The notes beneath the pieces were generated by a model that had not been told where the DNA came from, made no database searches, and saw only the letters and a program-made list of their open reading frames with translations. Shown in pieces: positions 13,381-26,700 of a stretch of 64,000 nt of DNA. Numbering within the stretch: position 1 is the stretch's first letter; each line of letters starts with the position of its first letter. The translations under genes and the position numbers were made by a program. Location of the stretch: contig OY740804.1 in the NCBI GenBank assembly GCA_963514005.1, forward strand, positions 4,960,001-5,024,000, given 5' to 3'. This DNA comes from Raja brachyura. Lineage: Eukaryota.

Positions 13381-15062
13381 TGTGTTGCTTTCCTCAGTCT
13401 GACTTGTGACTGTAACCCCGCCCATAATAGAACTATGAAGGATGTTGTTTGGAAATAAGAAATTGTGACCTGCAATAATGGAGTAACCACCATCAAGTTC
13501 GGAAAGATTCAAATATCCCACTGACAACGATAAATATTATTCACACAGTATGCGGGAAGACGAGGAGTTGAGACCAGAGGCTGTTTTGAACTCACAAAAC
13601 CCCTGGTCAGGGATGTCAGAGGGGTGCTGAATAGCCAGAGATGCTTGCAGATTCTGTGGTCACACTGATGCTGGCTGGTCCGTTCAAATGGACCTTGTTA
13701 AAGTTCTAATGGGAGGAATGATCTTGAGTTGGATCATTTCCCCACTGCAAGATATCCTAAAGTGCCTCACAGATACTGAGAGATAAACGGTCGGAGATGC
13801 CACAGATAGACACAAAATATTGGAGCAACTGAGCGGGATGGGCAGCATCACTGGAGGGAAAGAATGAGTGAGATTTCAGGTCGATGCCACTGTCGTTTCT
13901 AGTGGTGGGTGTTGGCTTGCAATGAACTTCTATCTGATATGTTCAAACACTCATTTCGTTCTTTACACTGAATTGTTCTGCAGTGCTGACACTTTGCTCG
14001 CGCTGCTGAAACAAGGGTGTGTAGATTCGTATCTCTGAACCGCACCTTGCGAGCAGCTCGTTGTAACACTGTTTGTTGAGCAGTGTTTGCAGAAGTCATG
14101 GGTTAAAGGCGAATGAAGACAGAATGAAATTGTTTTGATGCATCGTCGGTTCCTCTCTGCAGTGTTTTTAGTTGGACAAGTAAACAGGAAATAGTCCCGA
14201 ACAGAAGATCCTTTACTGAGGGTCGCCAACGCTCAACTAACATCAATGGCGGACTCATCAGTGTGTTACACCCATACCACGTGATGCACAACACTGCCAC
14301 TGAAGCACACAACCCGAATAATCTGCACTGTTCCCCAGAAAGTTACACACCCAGAACGATAGCCCGCAGCAGATATTAGGCAGCAGATATTTGGTTATAT
14401 TTTAATGCAACTAGTTGCCAACTGAATGAAATTAATCTTTGCAAGCAGATGTACAAAATCATCCAATAGAATGTACATGAACACAACTCTGATCATTTAT
14501 TAGCTTTGTATGGCAAAGAAGACAAGTTAACAATTCAATTCACCGTGCATATTCTACCTTGCTTTAAATTAATTAAGTGTATCACTTCGCCCTTGTTTAA
14601 GTTACATTACACATGTCACTTACATTCCACATCCCGCTTTCCCAGCTGATCTCCATCCTGTGTTAATTCTAGACAAACTTCTTCACAGTCCACTACACCA
14701 ATGGTTGTCATTTTCAAAACGTGAATATCATCACAATGCTGTTTGAAATTTGAATTAAACAGTTGAAGCAGAGAGCAGAAGGTCAAACTCCAATTAACCT
14801 CAGCTGATTTCAGGCGAAGAGCCCCTATTGCCTTATGCAGCTTCCTGTTTTGCCCCTTGTTAACAGTAATATGCCAAAACAAAAGTTCCAATGATTATAT
14901 TTTTGATCTGCCGGTCCACTTACAAAATCCTCAAGAGGGAATGATCCGGAAGTGTACACATCTTAGACGTTTCTCCTCTTCTAATTTCATATTTTATCCA
15001 ACGTATCATTGTTTACATGAGGGGTCCTGACCCGAAACGTCACCTATCCATTTTATCCAGAG

Positions 15063-15533
15063 ATGTTGCCTGGCCCACAGAGAGGCTCCTGCCTTTTTGG
15101 CCTGTCATTATTTCCACCGCTCTCCCGTGAGTACAGAGATAACCGCTCCCTCCGTAATTCCCTGGTCAACTCGTCCTTTCCCACCCAAACTACCCCCTCC
15201 CCAGGTACCTTCCCCTTCAACTGCAGGAGATGCAACACCTGTCCCTATACCTCCTCCCTCTACTCCGTCCAAGGACTCCAACAGTCTTACAGAGTGGGGC
15301 AGAGGTTCACATGCATCTCCTCCAACCTCATCCACTATATCCGTTGTTCCAGGTGTGAATTCCTATATATCGGCGAGACCAAGCCCAGACTCGCCGAACG
15401 TTTCACTGAACAACTTGGGCCACGCTACTATGCGCACACATCATCGAATCCGCCGACATTTTCGCCATTTCCAACGGGATCGAACAACTAGCCACATCTT
15501 TCCCTCTCCACCGCAATCTGCTTTCCGAAGAGA
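15063..15533 (+). mobile_element. Penelope-like element fragment (GIY-YIG endonuclease)
   Basis: GTFPFNCRRCNTCPY...FTCISSNLIHYIRCSRCEFLYIGETK. Confidence 0.8.
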
Positions 15534-17690
15534 CTAATGCAGTGATGGCGTGTTTGAATGTTGGTATTGTAGAATTGTGGCAGAGTTGCAGATTAAAGGA
15601 AGATTTAAAAAAAATACAGATGCTGGAAATGTAAAACAAAACAGATGGTGCTGCTGTGTACTGGCACAGTGGCAGACATTGTAGTTCTGACAGCTGAGAG
15701 GATGGAGAGACACAGAGAAGTATCAATCTGGTAAATTGTGAGGAGAAGGAGCATTCTGACGGGTAATATGGCTGTCGCTCTGAAATGTGACATCTGAGTG
15801 GTTGACATTGTCCTCATCTGCACTGGCGTATATCACTGTCGATTTCCTTCATAATTGCATTCCTGCATACACAGTTTGATTTTGATTAGACAATTGGGCA
15901 GCTTCTTTGTTGCTTTAAATGTCCGACAGCTAGTTGTTCGATATAACAAAAACTCAGTAAAAAAAGAACAAACAATGTTGCGATAGTACCTGTCATAAGT
16001 ACTTCCGTCGGCAGTTTGTTTCATATACCTACCAACCTTTGTGTAAAAACGTTACTCCCCAGGTTCTTCTTAAATCATTCCCTCCTCGTCTCAAAACAAT
16101 GTCCTCTGGTTCTCGATCCCCCTGCTTTGCGCAAAAGACTCCCTCGGCCTCCTGCGCTCCAAGAAATAATGTCCTAGTCTGCTCAACCCCTCAGGCCCTC
16201 GTCATCGCAACATCCTTGTAAGCCTTCTCTGTGGCATATCCAACTTGCAGCATCTTTCTTATAACATGGTGATTACAACTGAGCATAAATCAGACAAATC
16301 ATCAGACAAATCTTGGATTATATTTTACACTTCAGGAATAGCCAGGCTGTTCTTTCTCCTGCTTGTGATATGGAGTATCTCAACCGCGGTGTTCACAGGG
16401 GGCTCTCAGGTAGGTTTTATTGTCATTATGTTAATAAAATATAGAGGCAGAATTAGGCCATTCAGCCCATCATGTCTAATCCACCCCCAATCACGGCTGA
16501 TCTATCCTTCCCTCTCGATCCCATTCTCCTCTTTCTCCCCATAACCATTGACATCCTTATTTATCAAGAGTATGAAAATCTCCGCCTTAAAAATATCAAT
16601 TGATTTGGATAGATACAAAATGCTGGAGTAGCTCAGTGGGAGAGGCTGCTTCTCTGGTGTGAATTGACTTGGCCTCCACAGCCTTAATAGTGGTGATGAA
16701 ATCCATAGATTCATCACCTTTTGACCAAAACAATCCCTTCTCTTCGCCGAATGTTTCCAAACGGTTTCCATTAATGCTTTCAAATATCCTGTCCATTCAT
16801 AGAAACAAAAAACATGCACGTTTTCATATCCTGAAGTTAAACTAAATCTCTATGCAGATGATATGACGAGTTTTCTTCATGGTGTACGTGTGCGGGGTGG
16901 ATTTATCTGCCCGGTATGGATTCGTAGAGTGTTAAAGAAGGAACTGCACATGCTGGAGAATCGAGGGTTGCACAAAAAGCTGGAGAAACTCAGCGGGTGC
17001 AGCAGCATCTTAGGAGCGAAGGAGATAGGCGATGTTTCTGGTCGATACCTGAAGAAGGGTCTCGACCCGAAACGTCGCCTATCTCCTTCGCTCCTTAGAT
17101 GCTGCTGCACCCGCTGAGTTTCTCCAGCTTTTTGTGTAACCATGGGTTCGTAGAGGCCCATCTTCCAGGCAGCAATGTGTTGGGAGTTGTCCGGTCAAAT
17201 AAAGCGTGGTTCCCACTGTCAATGAGTCTGAGGCCTTCACATTATCTTTTGCAGAGGCCCGGTGAGTCAGAACCTCGCCACTCGACCCACGAAATACAAT
17301 GAAGACTCCAAGCTTGCACCACCTTAATTTTTGTCACCTCTTCCAATGTTTCTTTCGTAAGCTTCGAACGATTGTTTTAACCGTTGCGTGGTTTCTGCTG
17401 CTCCAGATTCTTATATTCTGTTAAACTGTATTATATGCATACAGCTTCCTGGAAATATTTTTTTTCACAGATTAATGAATAATAATGTATCAGAATGCTT
17501 CTTAATAAATGGTATTTGTCAATAAATGGTTTGTCTAATATGTTTTGTTTAGACTGCAACTTTAGTGATGAAGAACAGACTGCTCAGACTGCTGGATATT
17601 CCACCTGTTGCCAAACGTTAAAGGCGTTTAGGAAAGGCAATCAATTAATCTTTCAGATCATGCTATCCTATCAGACCTCAATTGTGCATG
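15534..17690 (+). pseudogene. Rearranged relic of another activating-type gene (V2-C2 intron pieces, partly inverted; 5'-truncated TM exon ~16345-16409; tail exon 17255-17302)
   Basis: 15534-15920 matches about 28338-28720 directly, and about 15970-16345 is the reverse complement of about 28750-29190. These are followed by LFFLLLVIWSISTAVFTGGSQ|gtaggt, RPGESEPRHSTHEIQ*, and twin AATAAA at 17504/17521. Confidence 0.7.
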
Positions 17691-17719
17691 GATGAACTTA
17701 AAGAACTTAAGAACTTAAA

Positions 17720-20404
17720 GACTGCATGGATGAACTACAACAATTGTTCATGCCAGTTTGGCAAAATAATAAATCAGGGAAGGTAGTGCATCCGTGGATA
17801 ACAAGGGAAATCGGGGATAGTATCAAAACAAAAGATGAAGCACACAAATTAGCCGGAAAAAGCAATCTACCAGAGGACTGGGAGAAAGTCAGAGTCCAGC
17901 AGAGGAGGACAAAGAGCTTAATTGGGAAAGGGAAAATAGATTATGAAAGAAAAGTGGCAGGGAACATAAAATCTGACTGCAAAGGTTTTTATAGATATGT
18001 GAAGATAAAAAGATTAGTTAAAACAAATGTAGGTCCCTTGCAGTCAGAAACAGGTGAATTGATAATGGGGAACAAGGACATGGCAGACCAATTGAATAAC
18101 TACTTTGGTTCTGTCTTCACTCAGGAAGACATAAACAATCTGCTGGAAATAGCAGGGGACCGGGGGTCGAATAAGATGGAGGAACTGAGTGAAATGCAGG
18201 TTAGCCGGGAAGTGGTGTTGGGTAAATTGAATGGATTAAAGGCCGATAAACCCCCAGGGCCAGATAGGTTGCATCCCAGAGTACTCAAGGAAGTAGCCAC
18301 AGAAATATTGGATGCGTTAGTGATAATTTTTCAAAACTCTTTAGATTCTGTAGTAGTTCCTGAGGATTGGAGGGTATCTAATGTAACCCCACTTTAAAGA
18401 AAAAGGAGGGAGAGAGAAAACGGGGAATTACAGACCAGTTAGTCTAACATCGGTAGTGGGGAAACTGCTAGAGTCAGTTATTAAAAATGGGATAGCAGCA
18501 CATTTGGAAAGTGGTGAAATCATTGGATAAAGTCAGCATCACTGAGGATGCATCCCAGCTCATCTAGAAGCTGTATATTTTTCACATTGAAGTCTGGCTC
18601 AGCCAGTGGCACCTAGGAATAGACTGGGTGACAACCAAGAATAGTTTGGTGACTACTAGAGAGACAAATGATGGCATGGAAAGACGGAACCCGGGACAGG
18701 CTGGGTTAGCACCCCAGTCTGTGTTTTTCGTGAGAAAGACACCCAACAAAGCTACGGAAAGGACTAATGAACCATCGTTGCCTAAACATCCATCAGGCGA
18801 GAATGAAATGCTTGGAGAAGGAGAAAGAGGTGCAGCGCACATGTCTTGAACCTGGTGAGACACAGGAGGAACCCATCCCACAGAGCCCAGTCCCTCCACG
18901 TACTAGAGTCTCCCAACCCCTGCAGAGTAGCTATTAAGATGGCTGATCCGTGTGCGGTTGCTGCTGGGACGCAAGTCGGGGCCTGATCAACCCCGGCTGG
19001 GTCGCCTGGGCGAGGGTGTCTGATGTTGTGAGACCCGAAACACCCGATGACCCCAGGTCACATCACTGAGGATGTGTCCCAGCTCATCTAGAAGATGTAT
19101 ATTTTTCACAGCATGGATTTACGAAAGGAAAATCATGTCTGACGAATATTATAGAATTTTTCGAGGATGTAACTAGTAGAGTGGATAAGGGAGAACCAGT
19201 GGATGTGTTATATCTGGACTTTCAGAAGGCTTTCTACAAGGTCCCACATAAGAGATTAGTATACAATCTTAAAGCACATGGTATTGGGGGTTCGGTATTG
19301 ATGTGGATAGAGAACTGGCTGGCAGACAGGAAGCAAAGGGAAGGAGTAAACGGGTCCTTTTCAGAATGGCAGGCAGTGAGTAGTGGGGTACCGCAAGGCT
19401 CAGTGCTGGGACTCCAGCTATTTACAATATACATTAATGAATTGGACAAGGGAATTGAATGCAATATCTCCAAATTTTCAATGACACGAAGCTGGGGGCA
19501 GTGTTAGGTGTGAGAAGGATGCTAGGAGGCTGCAAGGTGACTAGGATAGGCTGGGTGAGTGGGAAAATGCATGGCAGATGCAGTATAATGTGGATAAATG
19601 TGAGGTTATCCACTTTGTTGGCAAAAACAGGAGGGTAGACTATTATCTGAATGGTGGCCGATTAGGAAAATCGGAGATGCAACGAGACCTGGGTGTCATG
19701 GTACACCAGTCATTGAAAGTAGGCATGCAGGTGCAGCAGGCAGTGAAGAAAGCAAATGGTATGTTAGCATTCATAGCGAAAGGATTTGAGTATAGGAGCA
19801 GGGAGGTTCTACTGCAGTTGTACAGGGTTTTGGTGAGGCCACACCTGGAGTATTGCGTACAGTTTTGGTCTCCAAATCTGAGGAAAGACATCCTTGTCAT
19901 AGAGGGGGTACAGAGAAGATTCACCAGACTGATTCCTGGGATGTCAGGACTTTCATATGAGGAAAGATTGGATAGACTCGGCTTGTACTCGCTGGAATTT
20001 AGAAGATTGAGAGGGGATCTTATAGAAACTTATAAAATTCTTAAGGGGTTGGACAAGCTAGATGCTGGAAGATTGTTCCCGATGTTGGGGGAGTCCAGAA
20101 CAAGGGGTCACAGTCTAAGGATAAGGGGGAATTCCTTTAGGACCGAGATGAGGAAAACATTCTTTACACAGAGAGTGGTGAGTCTCTGGAATTCTCTGCC
20201 ACAGAAGGTAGCTGAGGCCAGTTCATTGGCTATATTTAAGAGGGCGTTAGATGTGGCACTTGTGGCTAAAGGGATCAGGGGGTATGGAGAGAAGGCAGGT
20301 ACGGGATACTGAGTTGGATGATCAGCCATGATCACATTGAATGGCGGTGCAGGATCGAAGGGCCTACTCCTGCACCTATTTTTCCTATGTTTCTATGTTT
20401 CTAT
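17720..20404 (+). mobile_element. CR1 LINE, ORF2 (RT) with frameshifts, interrupted by a small insertion
   Basis: ORFs 17726-18397, 19181-19507 and 19578-20312 carry YLDFQKAF, SGVPQGSVLG and RPHLEYCVQFW. (ctatgttt)n tail. Confidence 0.95.
18540..19108 (+). mobile_element. Non-autonomous mini-element, probably an internally deleted HERO/RLE-clade retrotransposon, with 50-bp terminal direct repeats
   Basis: Splits the CR1 SQHGF codons with CAGCAT duplicated (18534-18539, 19109-19114). Repeats 18537-18586 and 19061-19110 match at 47/50. Peptide CLNIHQARMKC...PGETQEEP and 3' sequence gggtgtctgatgtt...gacccgaaacaccc resemble fish HERO elements from memory; not searched. Confidence 0.55.
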
Positions 20405-20592
20405 GGAAGGTTTCCGAAGATACGTGTCGAGCGTGGGCAAATTTGACTAACTTAGATGAGCATATTGGTTTAATGCTTGGGGAGAAGGGCCTGTTTCCTG
20501 CTGTATGACTCTGTGATCATCTGACCCAACCATTTGCTAAATATAACCCTGAGCCTTTCACACTACATCGTGTCGAGCTGCTGTTGGCTCGC

Positions 20593-20630
20593 TGTGGTTC
20601 ACGATCTGACGTCCTGTTCCCTTCTTCCTC
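20593..20630 (+). promoter_or_regulatory. Candidate leukocyte promoter module of gene A (RUNX TGTGGTT, CRE-like TGACGTC, ETS core TTCC)
   Basis: Motifs at 20593, 20607 and 20625, about 80-115 bp upstream of the ATG. All are conserved in gene B. Confidence 0.4.
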
Positions 20631-20706
20631 GTTGCTAGTTGAGAGACGCGGTTGTATCTGAGAGCTCAGAGCTGAGCGACAGGCAGAAAAGTGCTCGCCT
20701 TTCACT

Positions 20707-20755
20707 ATGGATAACACGATGTGGGTTCCCATTCTTCTCATCTCCTCGCTGCCCG
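20707..20755 (+). CDS. Gene A exon 1, signal peptide MDNTMWVPILLISSLP
   Basis: ATG, hydrophobic core, G|GTGAGT phase-1 donor. Joins VSGA at the start of V1. Confidence 0.85.
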
Positions 20756-23700
20756 GTGAGTGAAAGCCAGATCTTGATAATTGCAATGCTCAATGTTAGT
20801 TGGGGTCCCGTGCACCCTTTCCACAGCATAGATGGTTAAGTGTGTGTAGACATGTAATGGGGGAAATGGAACTCAGTGCATTGTGGTGATGGATCTGAAA
20901 TCACATTTGAATATCGAGACTCTGTTCGAGTCGAGTTGAAAGGCATAAAATAGCGAATTAATTTGGAGCCGATACTCCAAGACACCTGGACCGAAGAACA
21001 GGGGTTCCAACATCACCAGGAAGTTAATTCTACTCTAACAAAATGTATTTAGAACTGAGGTGGAAGTCACGATTGTGGACTCATTGTGTCAGTTCAAATA
21101 TTCCCTGTATTTGTCCAACTCAACCCTGTCGTAACCCCAACAATCCCCCAGTCTGAAACTGAACCACTGTCCTCGCTCTGTCCACCCACTCCCAACTCCC
21201 TCTCCATCCTCTCTCCAATCCGCGGCCCAGTCGTGCTGAAAGGTCCAAGGCGAGCCGGGGTCAATGGGAATAGAACATGTCCCAGATGACCAGTGGGTTG
21301 CAAATTCAGTTTAGTTTATTGTCACGTGTACCCAGGTAGAGTTTCTTTGTTGCGAGTAAACTCGCCAGCAGGATGATAATACATGATTGTTATCGATCCT
21401 CTAACAGTGCATGGATACATGTAAAGGAAATAACGTTTAGTGTAAGGTAAAGCCAGCAAAGTCCGATCATGGGTAGTCTGAGGATCATCAGAGAGGTAGA
21501 TGGGACTATACCACTGCGCTCTGTTTGTTGTAGGGTGATTCAGATGCCTGATAACAGCTGGGATGAAACTGTTCCTGAATCTGTCGGTGTGCGTTTCACG
21601 CTAGTAAAGCTCTCCAGTAAGGGACCCGCTTTATTGTAACTTGTCCGTCCTCTGTCCTCAGTCAGAGCGTTGTGAAGGCAGTGGCGGCGGTGAATGTCTA
21701 AACAAGGGTCCGGCCCAGTGTCGGTTGAGAGATGAATGTTGGCAGCGCAGCCGGCGGAAAGTGGGGTATTTCTGTGGGGTGAGAGGCCGGGCACCGCCTG
21801 GGATTGTTGAAAGGCAGCTCCTGCAACACTGCCGCGCTCCCTCAGTACCGCACTGCGATCCCAGCGCAGTTTCTGCTCAAGAAACCGGAGTGGGAAGTGA
21901 ACCCTAATTGTACTGACCCGGTGACAGAACACGGACACAACTGGTACAATAACAGCACTGCCTGCACTTCAGACCGGAGACATTGTCCGTGAAGCAATAT
22001 GACACATCATGGAACGATTTAAGTTTTCTTTCATGTAATCTTCAAAATATATATATTTCCATTAAACAGTTCATTTGCTCTCCATCTGAAAGTTTCTCCC
22101 CTCAGTTTCAGGTGCAGTGTGGGGAGAGAGGGAGGTAAGAGGAGTTGTGGGAAGAGCGATCACAATCGATTGTCACTATGCAGCAGAGTATCGCTCACAC
22201 ACAAAATACTGGTGCCGTGTGCGAAGTCTCCAATGTACAGATATGGTGGCAACAAATGGGCAACACGGACGGAGTGGAAGAGTGTCAATCACAGATAACC
22301 CGGCACGAGGAATATTTACTGTGACTGTGGGGGATCTTCACGCTGGAGATACAGGACGGTACAGCTGTGGAATTGCAACATCTGCCGGCCATCCAATGTT
22401 TAACGTATATCTCCAAGTATCTGACGGTACGTTTCGAAACGATTGACTTGACGTCTCCACTGAAATGCCTGATCCATGTTTCTCCGGGAAGGGTCAGGGC
22501 AGCACCGATATCCCGAGGCTCCGCAGCAGTGCAGAGACCTGCGGGGAGCGGGCGGGGGTCGGGAAACCCCACTCATGTTGCTCTCACCCAGTGCGGGCTC
22601 TGTCCCACTGAGCGGCCACACACTTCAACTGGGACGCTCAGCACTTTTCCCTCCCTCTGAACTATCACCCTGTCAGAGGTTTGCATTCCGACCCAAACTA
22701 ATAATCCGACAGATCAGTGAGAAACAAGTCTTGCTCTCGGTCTGAATAGCCGGGGAATCATAAACAGGGAATCAGTCCCCAGAGCTCAACAGACTGCGTT
22801 CAGTCCTCCCGGGGCAGGCCAGCCCGCTCCCCGCCCCCACCTCAGGGATCAGTCACTCCGCCCCCACCCCGCGCTCTGTCTCTGTCCCTCTGCCCCGTCA
22901 ATGTGCCCCCATCCCCAGCAGCCACTGTTCACCCACCGCCCGGCAGTCAGCCTGCCTCTCCACCCCGACATTTCCCCGGCGGTAAGCAGAATGAACTCAT
23001 CTTTCGCCCCATCAGCCGTCGCACACAACATATAATCCTCCAACATTTTCGCCTCCTTTAACGGGATCCCACAGCTAGCCACATCTTTGCATATCCGCCG
23101 TTTTCTGCATACCGAAGAGACCGTTCCCTGCACAACTCCCTGGTCAACCCACCCAATCCACCCCATTTCCCACCCAAACCACCCCGTCCCCAGGTTCCTC
23201 CCCCTACAACTGCAGGAGATGCAACACCTGTCCATATACCTCCTCCGTCCACTCCGTCCAAGGATTCCAACAGTCCTTTCGGGTGAGGCAGAGGTTCACT
23301 TGCATCTCCTTTAACCTCATGTACTACATCCGCTGTTACAGGTGAGAAAAGTAGAAACATAGAAACATAGAAAATAGGTGCAGGAGGAGGCCATTCGCCC
23401 ATTCGAGCCAGTACCGACATTCATTGCGATCATGGCTGATCATTCCCATTCAATAACCCGTGCCTGCCTTCTCCCCATATCCCTTGATTCCACTAGCCCA
23501 TAATGCTCTATCTAATTCTCTTAAATCCATCCAGTGATTTGGCCTCCACTGCCCTCTGTGGCAGGGATTTCCACAAATTCACAACTCTCTGGGTGAAAAG
23601 TGTTTTCTCACCTCTGTCTTAAATGGCCTCCCCCTTATTCTAAGACTGTGGACCCCTAGTTCTGGACTCGCCCAACATTGGGAATTTTTTTCCTGCATTT

Positions 23701-26700
23701 AGCTTGTCCAGTCCTTATATAATTTTATATGTTTCTCTAAGAGACCCCCTCATCCTTCTAAACTCCAGTGAATACAAGCCTAGTCTTTTCAATCTTTCCT
23801 CATATGACAGTCCCTCCATCCCAGGGATCAATCTCGTGAACCTACGCTGCATTGCCTCAATCACAAGGATGTCCTTCCTCAAATTAGGAGAACAAAACTG
23901 TACCAGAGCCTTACACAACTGCAGAAGAACCCCTCTACTCCAATACTGAAATCCTCTTGTTATGAAGGCCAACATTCCATTAGCTTTCTTCACTGCCTGC
24001 TGTTCCTGCACGTCAAGCATGATTTTCCTTTCATAAATCTATGCTGACTTGGACTAATCCTTTTACTGCTATCCAAATACCCCATTATTACCGCTTTAAT
24101 AATTGACTACAGCATCTTTCCCACCACCGAAGTCAGGCTAACTGGTCTGTAATTCCCCGTTTTCTCTATCGCTCCATTCTTGAAAAGTGGGATAACATTA
24201 GCTATCCTGCAATCCACAGGAACTGATCCTGAGTTTATTGAGCATTGGAAAATGATCACCAATGCATCGACTATTTCTAGAGCCACCTTCCTAAAGACCC
24301 TGTGTTGCAGTCCATCAGGCCCCGGGGACTTATCATCCTTCAGATGAACAAGTGGATAGAGTAGATGGGAGACCAAGCACAGACTTGCCGATCTTCGCTG
24401 AATAACTCTGCTCAGCCTGCCTCGGCCTACGCAACTTCTCGATTGCTGAACACTAACTCCCCCTCCCATTCCAAAACTGACCTTTCTGTCCTGGACCTCC
24501 TCCAATGTCAGAGTGAGGCCAAACGCAAATTGGTGAAACAGCACCTCATATTACGCTTGGGCATCTTACAACGCAGTCGTGTTTGAATATTTACTTCTCT
24601 AACTTCAAGTAACCCTTGCTTTACTCCTGTCTCCATCCCGCCCCGACCTAGTTTGCCATTTAGTTTCACTGTCATCCTGATTACATTTTACTGATTGTTT
24701 GCCTTGTTGTCACCTTCCCTCCAGCTGACATAGATCCATTCTACATTTTCACCTTTGATCAATTGTTTTCACACCTTACCCTTCCATTTCTCTTCTGTCT
24801 CCCTTTCCCATGATTCTCAGGCTGAAGAAGGGTCTCGACCCAAAACTTCACCCCATCCTTCTCTCGAGAGATGCTGCCTGCTCTGCTGAGTTACTCCAGC
24901 ATTTTGTGTCTATCTGAAAGAGATCGTGATTAGTTTTCGCCTTTAAATTCCAAGCCATTTAAAAGGGGTTTTGGCACGCTGGTCATAATCAGTGAGAACA
25001 TTCAGAACATAATATGAGATAATAAGCTTCAGACGTGCAGATGTTGAGTCCACACTTTGGGAATTGTGTTCAGCTTTAGATCCCCAGCTCCAAGAAAAAT
25101 GCCGTTGAGGTGCAGAAAGGTTTTAGGGTGACGCTGCCTGGACAGGATGGGATTGCCACAGGGAGCAATTGGACAAACTCAAACTTCATTCCTTGCTGTG
25201 GAAATGATTGAGCGATGAACTTAGAGAAATGTATCAATCACGAGAATCATGTTCATTTTCCCACGATGTGTGGAATGAGGAAGTGGAGGACAGAGGTAAT
25301 GGAAACTATTTAAAGAGGGGGGATTAGTAAGGTGTCATTTACCGCAGTGGCATGTTTGGTACAGATGAGTGGCTGAAGCTGAACATAATGCACCCAAGTT
25401 CGACCTGAACCACATATGCACAACTGAAACATAACATCCCAACGACTGTTCTGAGGGACAACATTTTCCACACATTGTGTAATATGTATATGGAACCTGC
25501 TGTCAGAGGAAGTTCCGGCAGTTAGAATAACATAATTTATAAAACATTTTGGACAGTTGAGTAGATTGGGATCATTACGAGTGATAAGGGAGAAACTTGG
25601 ACATATGGAAATGGCCTAGAAAGACATGTTGGTCGGCATGAATGAGCTGTTGTGATCGGCATCTTTTGGTGCTCTATAACTCTAACCTTCTTCGGTTTCT
25701 GGGCTTCGCACACTCACAGAGATGTAGATGAGCCGGTGAGATATCAACCGGACGGTTCGGGCTGAGATAAAGGGCTGCTGAGATTTAGCATGTGTTTGGT
25801 TTTGAACTGTTCATACAGGTGACTGAATGTTTGCTCCACTCCCACAGAACCCGTGTCTGCTCCTGTGCTCAGATATCTGTCACCAGCAAATGCCTCACGT
25901 CTCGGAGGCTCAGTGTCAGTGTCGTGTGAGTCTGTCCGTGGATCCCTTCCCATTAATTACACATGGTTTGAGAAGAACTGGTATGGGTCTTCAACGATCT
26001 TGTCTGGCAATCAACTGGATCTGAGTTGTGAAATCCTCGGAGGTCAGCACCAAAAATATTATTGCACAGCGTCAAATAATCGTGGGGCAAAATACAGTGA
26101 AAGTCTCGATGTGAAAGTCGTCAAAGGAGCAGGAACGTGCAGTTATGTGACAGAAATGAACAATACAGGTGCGTGTTATTTTCCCATGGGAATACTGTTT
26201 CATAATTCCACTAGAGTCCCTGAACCGGCTGCTAATCTCCTTGTGGTGATGTTCATGGGCTTCTTGGTATTTGCAGATGGCATCATTGCAGCCACCGTGA
26301 GCTCATGGTGTAAAATGCGAGTGTGTTTGGGGGACTGGCAAATAATTGCCTGTTGCTTTCATCTGGGAGGTGTTGAGCTTCGAAAGGAGAGAAAGACCTG
26401 CACTTATCACAATGCATTGAGTGCATTCCATCACGTTTCTGCCTTCTGCCTTAAAAATGATTTTCTGGCTACCACTTAAGATCTCACGGTCACTTTGAGA
26501 AAGAGAAAGCAACCAAATGTATTCTATTTGGATCCATGATCATTTATAACCAAGAATCTCAGAGGACCTCACATGGTCCACCAACACTGCTGCGCTGGTC
26601 AAAAAGGCACAGCAACGACTGTTCTTCCTAAGAACATTGAAACGGACTGGTCTGCCCCAACAGCTGCTGACGACTTTCTACCGCTGCACGACAGAGAGCA

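Noticed and set aside
22106-22446. Rearranging Ig/TCR V segments
   Set aside because: Each V exon includes the G strand and ends in a splice donor. No RSS heptamer/nonamer follows, and the motifs are CD300/pIgR-type.
26169-26479. Read-through of the C1 donor gives about 100 open codons with a hydrophobic LLVVMFMGFLVFADGIIAATV stretch (also 48707-49017)
   Set aside because: A good GT donor sits at the domain boundary. Conservation between copies is uninformative because the region lies in the near-identical tract. It would need intron-retention reads to be credible.
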